This document shows, in pieces, positions 24,849 to 38,794 of a stretch of 64,000 nt of DNA. Source of the stretch: Octopus vulgaris (Eukaryota); assembly GCA_951406725.2 (NCBI GenBank), contig OX597816.1, positions 133,672,001-133,736,000 of the forward strand, written 5' to 3'. The notes beneath the pieces are model-generated. The model was not told the origin of the DNA. It saw only the letters and a program-made list of their open reading frames with translations, and searched no databases. Position 1 is the first letter of the stretch. Each line of letters begins with the position of its first letter. The translations under genes and the position numbers were made by a program.

Positions 24849-27810
24849 GGTTCAATTTTATAAAAGCTTAAATAACATTTTGAATACTAGTAAATGAAAG
24901 AGAATCCTTTAAGGGGTTTGCAACTTTTCTTTAGCATGATAATGAAAAATTATGTTTTATGTCATCGTAATCCCCACATTTGACTGAAAATGTCAAATTA
25001 TATGCTGTATATAAATCAGATAAAATTACAACACTCATGCATGCAATGCCAGCAAAAAAATTTAAAAAAACAAAAAAAAAACTTTGACTAAAAACAGAGT
25101 GAACCAAGAGTAAGCTGATCAACTGGAAAAGATATTGTATACTAAAGGGTTATGAAAATATCAATACCTTCAAAACCATCATTGTAAACAGTTATCTATG
25201 AAAAAATTTATAGTTTTCTTTTTGAAAGATAATCATCATCATCAAAAGAACTGCAGCTGGCTGTGAATTTTAAGGATTTGGGCTTGAAGGCCAAGGTGTG
25301 ATTTCATATCATGCCATCACTGATATACTTTGTCCCCAGCAAAAAACAGCTAACACTTAACGTAGTCCATCTAGCTGCAAAGAGTCACACCTGACAGGAA
25401 GTTGTGTATAAATGGGTATTATAAGAAGGTACTACATAACTATCAAGTGCTTTATTAACTTGCAATGCCTTGTAAAGATATTCCCAGAAGTAAAACAAGT
25501 GCTAGGTTGGTATGCCCATATTTAGAAGGAAGAGACGTTTTTTTTTTAAATATTTAATACAGTGGGATAAGGTCTAGCATGTCACCTATTATTCAAAATA
25601 TCTCTTAGAGGCAGGACTGATTACACACACACACACAAACACACACACCTCTGAAATGAAAGAGATCGAACTAGGTACTATCAGTCTGCATAATGTGTCT
25701 CATAATAGTTCACATAACAACTCAAACCAGCTAGTCTCATAACTACATAATATATATATATATATATATATCAGTATCAAATCTATCAATTCATAGCTGA
25801 ATCACCACCACCATTAAAATGGCAGTGCTGTTTCAATTAGGTTGTTGTATCCAAATCTGGAGGAGGAGATGTTTTTACAAAAATGTTCAACACAATAAAA
25901 TAAGTTCAGCACATGTTTGACTTAAATATTTGAATGGATGGTACAGATCACTATAAACATGTTTTCTAACTTTCTGTACAGAGTCTTATTAGAAACAATA
26001 TAAAAACATATGAGTAAATTCAAATTGCAGTTTTAAAAGCAATTTTCAAGTTTTAAACCTTCAAAATATATGTTTTTATAAATCTGTTATAAATCATCAA
26101 AAATGTGATTTAGCTTGTAAATCATTTATTAATAGCAACAATAAAATCATATATCATTATAATTTCTCTATGCTATTGGTATACCAAACCTCACAAATTC
26201 CAGTGTACCCTTTCTCTTAGTTAATGTTTTCATCCAAACTTTCATAGACTTCGGCCACTAATGTGCCTTAGGAACACACTCTTTGCCAAGAATAAACTTT
26301 AAACTCATAATTTTTCTATCTCCTTTTGTTCAGTATAAAATCAATTAACTTTTCAGTCCCAAGTGATTTCTAGGTAATCAATTAGACTGCTGGCTTCCAA
26401 CAACTCATGTTATAGAAATTATGTCAGAAAACTCTAGCAACATTGTGACCACTTCATTATTAGTGCTATGAACCAGTATTTCGATTTTGGTTTCTAACAA
26501 GTCAGTTAAATTTCCCTGACAGTTACTTTTGAAGGATCTCATCCAATCAATACTGCTTTGGGGCATACACACATTGTAGCAGAAGACTTATGATGTGATA
26601 GAATTACATGTTTCAGTACTATAACTGTATCATTCACTGTCTATATGATTACCTTTTTTTTTATTGATATACACATGATTAAAATAATCTATTTGCATGT
26701 GTGGGGCTACATTTTATGGTTTAAAGGATGAATATTTAATACTAAAGCTTTTGCCTCCAGTGGTAACTATGTCTGGGTAAGGATACAGACTAAGTTTTAA
26801 AATAACTCTCAAACTGTAACTACAAGATTAAAAACATTTGAATCAATAATTTACAATTTTTTGTTGAACATGCACATATTTATACACACACATTTATTTG
26901 ATAACAAATATTTACAACCTAACTGAAAAAGTTTCTTAATAACAGTGACATATAGACTTACTTATATTTAATAATTTCAGAGGCAGTTTACTTGAATGTT
27001 TCTTATATCATTTGATAAAATTTAAGAACTACAAGGGAGCAAATATTTAATATGTGCTCAATCATAATTACATGCTCATCAGAATACTTGAGACATCATA
27101 TCCATCTTGTATTGCAAAGATGCATACAGTGGAACTCAGTATTGTGGACTCTGTTGATTCAAATTTGAAATACTGGGTGCTGACACTGGATGACAAATTT
27201 ACATCCAATAGCAGTTTATTTTTGAACCTTCTCTAAAAAAATGTATAAAACACAGTAGTACCTATTTTATGAGTATATGAAAACCAAAAGCACACTACAC
27301 ACATACCCATAAAACAAAAACTCTCATCGGCATGAGACTGTGTAAGACAAGGGTTGGCCCTTCAGTAACAGGCACAGAAAACCAACAGACCTTTATAGAT
27401 TCCATTGATCCATTTTCAATCACTAGGCTTGCATCAATCCTAGAGTATATATAGTAAAAAGGCATCCATATATGTATATGCACATGAGTAGAGGTGGAAA
27501 ATGAGAAAGATTAAAAAGTTTCCAGCATGCAACAATTATGGTACTGACATCAAACTAAACAAAAATATTTTCAGAGGAAGAGAAGTGAATCATATTAGCT
27601 TTTATTCATTTCAATCATTGGACTGTGGCACTACCTTGAAGGGTTTAGTCAAACAAATTGACATTAGTACTTATATTTTTAATTCTGTTATTTTATTGGT
27701 CTCTTTATCAAACCACTATGTAACAGGGATGTAGACAACCCAACAATGGCTGTCAAGTGGTGAGTGGGGGACAAGCATGAGCACAAAGAAAGAAAGAAAG
27801 ACATTCATCC

Positions 27811-27892
<82 letters not shown>

Positions 27893-29606
27893 TGATGATA
27901 AGATGATAAGATAACGGTAGTCTCTCACAGTCCAAGAAAGGCAGTTCTGCAATTTCTTGCTGAATAATCTGCACCAATGATTTGTTTATAGTTATCAAAT
28001 GTTTGTGCTGTCCATTAGCTCACTCCCTTCATCAAATCAATGTTGCCTGTACACATGCATGATATACCACACATCAAGTGTCACAGTGATTGCAGAGCAA
28101 TATGAGATGAAGTGCACTGCTCAAAAACAGAATGCACTGCCTGCTCCAGGAATTGAAATCACAATCTTGCGATCGTGAGTGCAACACCCTAACCACTAGG
28201 CCATGTTCCTGCACACATATATATAAATACATATACATACACACACATGTATATGTATATGTATATGCATGTGTATGTGTGCAAACAATGATAGTTGTAT
28301 CATTGTTTTAATGTCTATCATACAATATTTGCATGGGCTCACAGATCTACCATCACTGTCCATTATATTGCTATACAAATTTTTCTTTCTTCTTTTTTCT
28401 TTTTGTCATCCCCAGATTTGGTTTCAACACATACATCCAATTCTCTCTTAGTTTTCATACAACAGGTATTTTTTTCTTTTATGCATGTATATGTACACTT
28501 GCTTGTGTGAGTGAGTGTATATTTGCGTGTGCGTGTAGGTGCATGTGAATAAATATAATATCATCAGTTATATGTTTAACTTTCCCTATTCTCATGTGTT
28601 GAATAAGTTTGCTACAGATCATGTTGCCTGTGGCAACACTGCCTTCTATATAATTATATAAATTACACACATACATACACACAAACATACAAATGCAAGC
28701 ACATGTGTACACACACACACACACGCACAAAGACACATACACAAACAAGTACAGTACCGGGGTTATGATGATAGGAAGTAGTTAATATTTTCTCAATTTC
28801 CAGTAGACTGAAACCTAAAAAAAATCATTCAGTGTTGATCATGCCACTCCAAATACAATTCAGAAAGATAACTGTAGGATGATGACATATAACATCTAGT
28901 ATTATATAACCAAACATAAACGCTATTGTCCTATTGTCTACCTATAGTAGTAACTACCTTAACACTCCTTATTCACAGGTATGTTTCTCATGACAACTTC
29001 ATGAAAAACTACAAGTGGATCTTCTCCATACAACTCCAGAATATATTATATAAAAAAAATATAGTTTTCAGATATTGAAATATTGAAATATATATATATA
29101 TATGCACACACACACACATATATATATACACACACACATACGTACACATGCATAGTTACATACATATACACACATACATACATATATATATATATACACA
29201 CACACACACATACATATACACATATACATGCATACAGACACAAGCACACACACACACACACAGCGGCATCATAAGTTTTACATCTACTTCAGGTTACAAG
29301 ATTTTGTGCTCATGTAAATTGTAAAGTATGCCCACTAGTTTTGGGATATAGTCTTAAAATCCACTCTTCTTATCCAAAAGGCTCCTCAGTATTTTGATAA
29401 AGATCAGAGTATAGAAAACAATTTGATAAAACTGTAATCACAATACATATATGTGTAGACGTGGCTGTGGGGAGGGAAGCTTGTTTCCCAACCACATGGT
29501 TCTCGGTTCATTCCCAATGCACAGTACATTGGGCAAGTTTCCATTGACCAAATACACACACAAGGTTGATCATGTGTGTGTGTGTGCACACACATATATA
29601 TATATA

Positions 29607-29755
29607 TAGTTCAAATTTACAGTAAACAAGAGATGAAGACAGGTGAAGGAACAGCAAGCAGGTTGATGCTCAGGAAGAATAAAAGCCCTTGACATTTTGA
29701 GCCTACACTCTTCAAAGTATTGAAAGGAAAGAAAAATGAAGAGAACAAAATAAAA

Positions 29756-29757
<2 letters not shown>
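29607..29757. mobile_element. (TA)n-embedded repeat, same family as the termini of 45791-46454
   Basis: Starts TAGTTCAAATTTACAG...GATGCTCAGGAA...GCCTACACTCTTC. Flanked by (TA)n on both sides. Confidence 0.7.
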
Positions 29758-29793
<36 letters not shown>

Positions 29794-29797
<4 letters not shown>

Positions 29798-30293
29798 CAT
29801 GACAAAATGCGAGCATGAAAAATAATATTCTTAAGATTATAAACCTGGAAAAGTAGAAAAGTACAGGACAAGCTATTACTTCTAGTAAAGTAAAGAATAT
29901 GAAACTTTGTACTTAAAATATTGTAGCAAAGAATGCCAGTTCTTCTAATTTATCACTCTTTATAGTTCTCATCTTTTAAATTTATTATACAAAACTGTTC
30001 AGCTAATTTATAAGTTTGTCTAATTAGTCTCTTTTTTCTGTATTTAAGATAGTAAATTAGCAAAATTATAATTGAATAAGTATAGTGTTATTTGTAAACT
30101 ATAATAAAATAAGTTTTAATATTCAAATTTGAATTTTAGCTGCAATATTTTAAGTGAAACGTTTCTTATTCTTTACTTTACTAGAAGTAGTAGCTTGTCC
30201 TATACTTTTACAGGTGTAATAACTTGTCCTGTACTTTTTCATGTTTATAATCTTAAGAATATTACTTTTCATGCTCGCATTTTTCCATGTAAT
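29794..30293. mobile_element. MITE/fold-back with ~135-155 bp imperfect inverted repeats
   Basis: ATTACATGACAAAATGCGAGCATGAAAA... (29794-~29930) is complementary to ...TTTTCATGCTCGCATTTTTCCATGTAAT (~30139-30293). Confidence 0.75.
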
Positions 30294-31161
30294 CCATGAT
30301 TTTTCCAGGCATTGCTGTTATAAGATAATTAATAACATGTCAATTAATAATTTAAGATTTTTCCTTATAAAGTACTGAAAGATAATATTTCAATTTTTCC
30401 ATGTAAGTGATGATAATATTTCAATTTTTTTCATGTTTAATTTAAATAGATGTTGTGATTGAATTATTTGATATTAGCCATCCACACCAAATTAGTGGCA
30501 GGGATTTTTACCATGTTGTTGATTGCACCATGGCTCACCAAAAGTTACAAACAACAAGGCCCCAAAACCATCAGTAACCAGGCGCACCTTAAGTAACCTA
30601 ATTTTGCAATATTAGGAGGTCACAGGAATTCATTTAACGAAAAAGAAATTTCCAGTGATTCTGGGATTGGTGGGGAGCCCCCCTCCCACCTCATTTTTTC
30701 TGAACCAAAATAAGGGATTTGCAGCATATTAGGTCAGGGTAATTGATTCCATGCAAAAAATCAATTTTTTTTCCTTAGTGAAAATTGTGCGGGTGTTAAT
30801 ATAGAAATTTACCATAATGTTGCTATTTAACCTCAAATCAACCCTGATACCGCAAACATATCATCAAAGACATTCCAGCCTTCAGCAAACTGTCTTTTTA
30901 GGGATAATCTAGGACATTACATACAATGGGCATGTGATATAAGTAGGGGATACTTTGGCTGCTATTTTTAGCATGTCGAGCGACTAGGTAGAGGCTCTCT
31001 CATTGGTTCGATTGCATGATAAGATTTTTTTACACATATATGTAATTTGTATATATACCATTGACAGAAGTTAGAGAGTAAGTCAAAAGCTGAGAGTTTC
31101 GTGTATTGGCACTTATCAAACATAAATTTGTCCATTGTCACACTAACTTCTGACAAAATAG

Positions 31162-31515
31162 CTTCTAAAATACAAAATTTTGTCAAAAACATTAAGAGTA
31201 AACCCTGCTCTATGTGACACATTCTACCAGTATTGGAAGTTTGAAAGTGTTTAGTTAAAAAAAAATAATTAAATAATCTCTACATCTAATTGATGAAAGG
31301 CAAAGTCAAATTTGAACTCAGAATGTAAAGACAGACAAAATACCGCTTCTAAATTACAAAGTTTTGTCAAAAATGTTCTATGTGACACATTCTACCAGTA
31401 TTGGAAGTTTTAAAGTGTGTAGTTAAAAAAAAATTAATGAAATAATCTGTATGTCAAAGTAGTAAAGTTGACCTCAGAGAAATTTGTACTCAAAATGTAA
31501 AGACAGACGAAATAC
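31162..31515 (+). repeat. Diverged tandem duplication, ~185-bp unit
   Basis: CTTCTAAA.TACAAA.TTTTGTCAAAAA...TGTGACACATTCTACCAGTATTGGAAGTTT occurs twice, each followed by a SINE fragment. Confidence 0.8.
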
Positions 31516-33059
31516 TGCAAAGCATTTTGCCCGGCTCGCTAATGTTTTTGCCTGCTCGCCGCCTTATAATGTAAACATTCATTTTAGAAATATATTCTCA
31601 ATTCTTATTACTTAGGCATTACTTCTTACTACCTTACTTACTGACATTAAATTTCATAACATTTTACCTCATAATTGTCTTTCTACTACCTTTTGTTCAA
31701 TGCGACAAATGATTCTGAATTCTTCATGCATTTTTCTATCATTTAAGCCTAAGAAAAATTTATTTTTAATTTAAAATTAAAAAATTTTTTGCTAGTTGAA
31801 GATGAATGTCTGCTTTATTGCCCCCTTGAGGTCTGACATATTTTGATGTAACTTTTTTTCTACTGTACCAAATCTCATACTATTTATGCCAGAGTGTAGC
31901 TGAGGGGATGTCCTCTTTAAAACAATTTACAGTTTGCAATTTAGTTGAGAACTGAATTAGTGGTGAAGCTTGGAAGCTGCTGCAATTGACAAAATGGTGG
32001 ACTTAAGAATATATTCAACTACTACCATGGTTGAATGTGTGTGCATATATATATATATATTTACTTATTTGTGTGTATATCTTCATGTTTGTTCCCCACA
32101 ACCACTTGACAACTGGTATTGGTGTGTCTACATTCCTGTAGCTTAGCAGTTCAACAAAAGAAACTGATAAAGTACCAGACTTAAAGAAAAAAGAAAAATA
32201 AGTACTGGGGGTCAATTTGTTTGACTAAAATTCTTCAAAGCAAGGTCTCAGCACAGCTGCAGTCTAATGACTGAAACAAGTAAAAGATTAAAAGATATAT
32301 GTATATACATATATGTGTATTTGTATATTTTCTTGAGTCACAATGACTCTCTAGATGTGTGTGTGTGTGTGTACATATATAAATCAATCTTTACCACCAC
32401 TATTTATCATCAACACAAAACTCAATACAACCTCTGCCATTATCAACTCACCAACTCCTTAATGACCAACAACGATTGCAGTGAGATAAGAAATTCTAAG
32501 ATAAATGACAAGAACATAAGATAATGTGGAATCCTAGTGTATTTTAGAGTTGAATAAAATCTCTTTGATCTTAAATCAATGAGGATTGACTAGAGAAGAG
32601 ACATACAATACAGTTAACGAGAACAGTAGGAATACCACCAACAACAACAATACTTCATCATCACCATCACCAAAAGCAATACCACCAACACCACCATCAC
32701 CTATCCACCAACTTTTCAATATCCAAGTGGCAACAACAATAAATAGTATCAGTATAATAGCAATGTCTGCTGCTACATATGTTATATGCCAACACAATGG
32801 AGAGAGAGAGAGAGAGAGAATAGAGTGTGGAGATTTTGTGACAAATCATAGTTGTAAGGGGCTGTAATCCTTCTACTACCTATAATCATACAGTACTTCC
32901 TCCCATCTCACTTCTTCACCCTTTCACAATCTCATTTCCAGTCTTACATATATTTCACATTTTTTTTTTGCTCTCACAAAACAGTTCTTTCCTAGTACTA
33001 CTTTGTGTTACTATATATTTGTTGTGGATAATGCTGATGGCTGCCACTGTTGGATTTAC

Positions 33060-34078
33060 CTATAATTCAAGGCACCTGGAAAGAAACCAACTGAAGACAG
33101 TAAGTGTGTAAAGGAAACATAAAAGGACTACTTGTGGGAGAGAAAAAACCCAGCTGCGTTGCCAAAACATTAAAGCTTGTACTGTCTACAATGAGAATAA
33201 TACATGACAATAGAGAGAAAATTAAGTACTTAAAAAGCTACTATATTAACTGCTTCGACCTTGTTTTTTCGGAAGATTTAGTCTAATACTTAGAATGGAA
33301 TGGCTCTTGAGTGTATGGATGAAGAATCCCATAATGTGCTGATAAACATTAAGGTAATTAACAAATGCTAAACATTTGCATGATGATTTTCAGAAAAAGG
33401 AAGGTGAAACTTCCAATACAAAAACATTCCTCACTGGTGAAGGCTGGTTTGAAAAGTTGGATCAACACAATATAAAAATGGCTGGTAAAGCTGTCAGTGT
33501 TGATACAGAGGCTGCTACCAATTATCCTGAACAGCTGAAGAAAATGATTGCTGAAAGAAGCTACACACTCCTTGAAAGTATGTAATATCGATAAAATTGG
33601 CAGTGCATGTATGCTAAAACTTTTATTTCTGAGAAGGAAAACCAACATCAAGATTTAAAGCTTCCGAAAATCATCAGACATTTCTTCTGAACAGCATTAC
33701 CCATTGATGATATGAAATTAAAGCCCCTACATGTGTATCAATCAATAATCCATGGATTTTCAAGGGTTACACAAAGTTTAATCTACTTCTGATATGACAT
33801 GCATATAAGGAAGCATGGATGACTGAAAACGTTTTTGAAGAGTTGTTTTTACAAACACAGTACAGTGTCAAACATATTTCCAATAGAGCATTGTTCCTTT
33901 AAGACAATGGACTAAGCCACCTGGTGAACTTAAATGAGTAGAATACTTTCTTGCTCCAACCAATACATTACGTTATGATAACTAACTTCAAGTCATATTA
34001 TCCAAGAATATTGTCCAGATAACTTATCAAAGCAACTGACAGAGAAGATAAACCTGAAATTACAGACTTTTGGATGAA
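33060..34078 (+). pseudogene. Degenerate Tigger/pogo transposase (CENP-B HTH + DDE_1)
   Basis: Motifs across frames: MEWLLSVWM, GEGWFEKL, HNIKMAGKAVSVDTEAATNYPEQLKKMIAE, KLKPLHVYQS, EAWMTENVFEE, DNGLSH, FKSYY. Many stops and frameshifts. Confidence 0.8.
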
Positions 34079-34079
34079 G

Positions 34080-34720
34080 TGCCCAGGAAGATTTTTAGAG
34101 ATAGTAGATACTTTTGTTTACCCAGGTGATCCAATTAACAGCAGAAGAGGATGTTCTAAAAGTATAGTTGCTAGACTAAGATTAGGATTGAGAAAGTTCA
34201 GAAAGCTATTACCTTTGTAATAGCAACAAAAGTCTCTTTCTCTCTCTCTTTACCTCTCTCTCTCTCTCCATACCTCTCTCTCTCTCTCTCTTTCTCTCTC
34301 TATCTTTCTCTCTCTCTCTCTCTCAGAATGATAAGCAGATTGTATGATACTCATATACAAACACCAATGATACATAGCAGTTGAATGTAGCCCTGAATAT
34401 AGAAAATACAAAGACTAGAGAAAAATGAAGCTAGCATGATCTGCTGGATGTGCAACATCACCATGCATGTATGACAAAGTGTAAATGTGTAGAGAGAAAA
34501 ATTGAGTATAAGAGGCATCAGATATAGTGTGCAAGGGAGAAGACTGTGCATGTGTGCTCATGTGATGAGGACAGCCGCATAAAGAAGTGTTAATAGCTAA
34601 ATGTGAATGGAACTTTTGGAAAAAAGAAATCCAAGAAAATGTGGATCAAAAAGAATGAGCCTCAGAGAGGAGATGACAAAGAACCAAAATGATTGGCAAT
34701 TTATTGTGTTTGGGAAGACC
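34080..34720 (+). mobile_element. Old RTE-type LINE fragment
   Basis: Degenerate homology to 42555-43140 (IVARLRLGLRKFRKLLP, LEKNEASMICWMCN). Interrupted by (CT)n. Confidence 0.7.
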
Positions 34721-35392
34721 TATCCATTTAAACAAAGATGAAACCTGAAAAGCATATCATTTATGTCTAGGCCTCTGCATACAATCTGTACCAGATGAAT
34801 CACTCCCCCACAACTCTAGATGTTAAACAATGATGAAGAGGATGATGATATATATTAAGACATATGCATGTGTATATAAATCATATGTATATATACGCAG
34901 GTGTGCATGCATCTGTATATGTATATATTTACATATCTTTGCATGCAACTGTCAGTGTATGTCTGTGAGAGTTTGTGTGAGTGTACACTATTTTATAATC
35001 TTTGAGACAACTTAAGTTCCATGTTTGAAGAAAGATACTTGGCTTCATAGCATTTTTTTCTCAAATTCCCAGATACTCTTTGGCCATTGGTGACATGAGA
35101 TTTTTAATAGGAAAAAAACCAATGTGAGTGTAAATGTTTTTGTTTGAAAGGTTTGGCAACTCAGCAGTATTTAAACATAAGCTGCACTTCTTGGATTGTT
35201 AGCAATTAGGAAAATGTTTTAAAATGTTAAAATTTCTTAAAATTTTTTTTCTTTGTTTGATACATGTGTTGTCATTGAGTGGGATACCTTAGTGTGTTGG
35301 TAAGGGAACCAGTTCAAACAGACATTTTTCTCAGAAAGTAGTAAAGTTTGATGGATAATCTCTCCTTTGAAAAGAGTCAACAAATAGAAATT

Positions 35393-35687
35393 TCTTGTTG
35401 CCCTTTTCAAGCCTAGCCAGGCTCATGGGCCCGGTTTCCCAGTTTCTGTGGTGTATGTGTTCTCCCCAGCTGGATGGGACGCCAGTCCATTGCTGCGTTA
35501 CTCAAGAAACAAGAAGAGAGAGTGAGAGAAAGTTGTGGCAAAAGAGTACAACAGAGGTTGCCACCACCCCCTGCCGGAGCCTCGTGGAGCTTTTAGGTGT
35601 TTCCATGCAATAAACACACAGAATGCCCGGTCTGGGAATCGAAACTGCAATCCTCTGACTGCAAGTCCGCTGGGCCATTGCGCCTCC
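35393..35687 (-). mobile_element. Young tRNA-derived SINE with perfect 12-bp TSD
   Basis: TSD CAAATAGAAATT (35381-35392 and 35688-35699). Minus head GGAGGCGCAATGGCCCAG...GTTTCGATTCCC. GC-rich and CpG-retaining. Confidence 0.85.
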
Positions 35688-36413
35688 CAAATAGAAATTA
35701 CCTTCTTGGAAAAATAGTGAAACTATAGAATAGGTAGTAACTTGTTGCTTTCAAATTTACCATGAGTGCAATAGTGAAACAGAAGTTGTTTTTTTTCTAT
35801 TAGTAAATCTATTACAGATAAAGGCTTGGTGTTTACCATAAGCTGGATTGTATTTAATGCAGATGATTCAATATCAATACAATTTGAAAGCAAAATTTGT
35901 GATTATGAAAATTATTGAATGAATGAATGAGGGACTCAGAAAAATTAATTATTTCTCTCAATGAATAGGTGTCCTTATGTAATAGTAGATTGCATAAATG
36001 GGCACTCAAACAGTAAATTCTAAACATTAGGAACAACCAGTATTCATAGAAGTTTATCTGCTGGGAAATGTTACTGATAAAATTTCTGCATTCAAATTTG
36101 ATTTAAGAAAAAAATATAATTTCAGGAATAACAAGTGGAGAAAGCTAAATTTGCCAAGCATGTTAATGACAAGCATTAATCGTGTTATGCAGATGGTTGT
36201 CATTTGGCTGTTTGTGATGCATACTACAAGTAAACTAAACCACATTGTGAAGTTAATTTAACTAATGACTCTCCCTCTCTCCATATACACACACATGCAC
36301 GCGTGTGTGTGTCTGTCCTTCCCATAATCTCAATCTCAACACCTAAGATTTTCAAATAAATAACTTTAGATTTATTAACATTAAACATATTTCAGGATAT
36401 TCTGAATTACATT

Positions 36414-36470
<57 letters not shown>

Positions 36471-37439
36471 CTGCCCATAATTCAGAATACCTGAAATATA
36501 TACATACATACACACACATACATACACGTGTATGTATGAATATACATAAATGCAAATATATATCATATATATTTTATGCCTATACATGTATGTGTGCATG
36601 TACATATGAACATGATAGTTGTTTATCCTCTCTAAAGAAGGATAATTATCCCAAAACAGATCTCTAAGAAGATTCCCAATTATTTTTCTGTTCACCTCAC
36701 AGAACAATAGAATGTCTTCATATATTTCAAACGCCATAGTAAAAAGTTTTCATATAAAAATCTGTAGAATTATTTATATTATTGCTTCAAGTATTTTGAA
36801 TTACAGTGTTCTATAGAAATATATATTATTTAGTTTACTGCGACCATCTGACATCATATATAAATCAGGATGGTTGTTAGTGTTGTATCTTGATAAGCTA
36901 CTATAATATATAGTGATTTAGATTCAATGTCCTCTGAATAATCAAAGAATAATGGTACATTTGCTTTGAAAAGGGACAATTTTATCAAAATAAATCTGTA
37001 AGAAGATACCGAATTATTTTTTGATTTCTTAAGAAAAAAATTTAAGGTCTTCGTATCACCTTAAATTTCCACAGATAAAATTTCCAAATAAACTGCTGTA
37101 GATTTATCTACCTTATACATGTTTCAGACAGTCTGAATTATGTTGAACTCTATATAAATATATATCCCTTATATTTTACATAGTTTGCTCTGCAGAACAC
37201 TTACTTCATCAGCTGTCAACTGGAGATAACCACAATTTTGGTATTCTTCACAGAGATGTAAGCAAATGGCATTGATACTACCAAGGAATACTGAGTGCTT
37301 TTGGCCTATGCTCTAGCATGTTTTTTTCTTTCCATCATCCATTCAACAACTACAAATTAGGCTTTGTAACCACTTAAAAGATGCAGCAAATATTTTTTAA
37401 TTTTCTGCTGAGGATTTCTTTGCTCTCTCAGCTTTAGTC

Positions 37440-38080
37440 TTTCTCTCTCATGCATCAGCTATATCCATGATGAAGCATTTTCTGCTTTCCTCTAAAGCTC
37501 ATAAATCACTACGTTACTTTCTTTCCTAGGTCCATACTAGTTAGATACAACATACCGAATCTTACTACAAACCCAATACATGCCACCTCCACATAAAACA
37601 TTACATAATGCCATCCTCATGCCTCACACAATTCATTAAGTTCTTCACATTTTAGAGCTTTCAATTCATGTTCTCACTCCATTATTACCTCCCCAAGATG
37701 CTGTCAATTCAATAAGAACAATTTTTTTTCTTCTCAAGTCACATCAAGCCATAGGTTAGAGTGATGTCTTGTTATTGCAGCACAGCTTGAGAATACAAGT
37801 ACTTTCTTCAAGTTTACCTGCATCTTCTATTCATTCACTCCAGGAAGAAGTCTAAGTGTTAGCTTCCTTTTATTTATGCTCCTGCACTATCCTCCTTTCC
37901 TCACAAAGTGTGAAACTTTGTATCCATTCTCCTTGCAAGGATGTTGCTACATTGTTGTGTTAGTGCATCAGCAAGAGTAGGCAGGACTTTATTATGCTGT
38001 TAGAGATTCTGTAAAGGATAACTTAGATGCTAACAGAACATGTTCCAAAAGTACAAAGCCTTTACACTAATGTCAGTCAA
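37440..38080 (-). mobile_element. Decayed HERO/R2-group non-LTR retrotransposon C-terminus (Zn knuckle + restriction-like endonuclease)
   Basis: Minus-strand motifs in the expected order: LEHVL, QHNK(VL), KKIVLIELTASW, EHELKALKCEEL, GW, VEVACIGFV, KAENASSWI. Confidence 0.7.
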
Positions 38081-38341
38081 TAGTATCACTATGTATATAT
38101 GTATGTATGTATGTATGGATGGATGGATGTGTGTGTGTGTGTGTGAGTGTTTGCGCGTGTATGCATGAGTGTGTGTGTGTAGTTTGCATGAAGTACTGTC
38201 TGGTATTCTTTTGTTTCAGACATTTGACTGCAGCCATGCTGGAGCACTATCTGTAGTCGAACAAATTGACCCCAGGATTTATTCTTTGTAAGCCAAGTAA
38301 TATATATAAATGTTTCTAATTCTTTTCTATAAAGCTAAAAG

Positions 38342-38544
38342 AGCCAAAACAATGCAAATCATGAGAAATAATACAAGTTGAGGGTTTGTACTTTTATTTT
38401 GCATTTCACTATTTCAAGATTAGGACTCCTTCTTCTGGAAAAGGTGTTGTGGAGAAGGGATCCTAATCCAGAAACATTGAAATACAATGTAAGCGTACAA
38501 ACTATCAACTTGTATTATTCCTTATGACTTGCATTGTATTGACT
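38342..38544. repeat. Diverged long hairpin, ~95-bp arms
   Basis: ACAATGCAAATCATGAGAAATAATACAAGTTGA... pairs with ...TCAACTTGTATTATTCCTTATGACTTGCATTGT. Loop near 38436-38450. Confidence 0.8.
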
Positions 38545-38747
38545 TTATGAAATGTGTGTGTGTGTGCATATGTGCACGTACACCCTCACAGATAATAATT
38601 TCTTCTTTTATTATTTTTGGTATAGTTATATACTGTCTTTGGTTTACGTTGGCAGTTTATTAGTAATATTTATATATATATATTTATTGAGATTGTGGCT
38701 TTTTTTTTAATGAATGTAATTTTTATATATACTTATTTGGATGTAAG

Positions 38748-38794
<47 letters not shown>

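Noticed and set aside
32576-32867. Hydrophobic 73-aa and Pro/Asn-rich 93-aa ORFs
   Set aside because: Low-complexity trinucleotide-like sequence with non-ATG starts and no recognisable domain.
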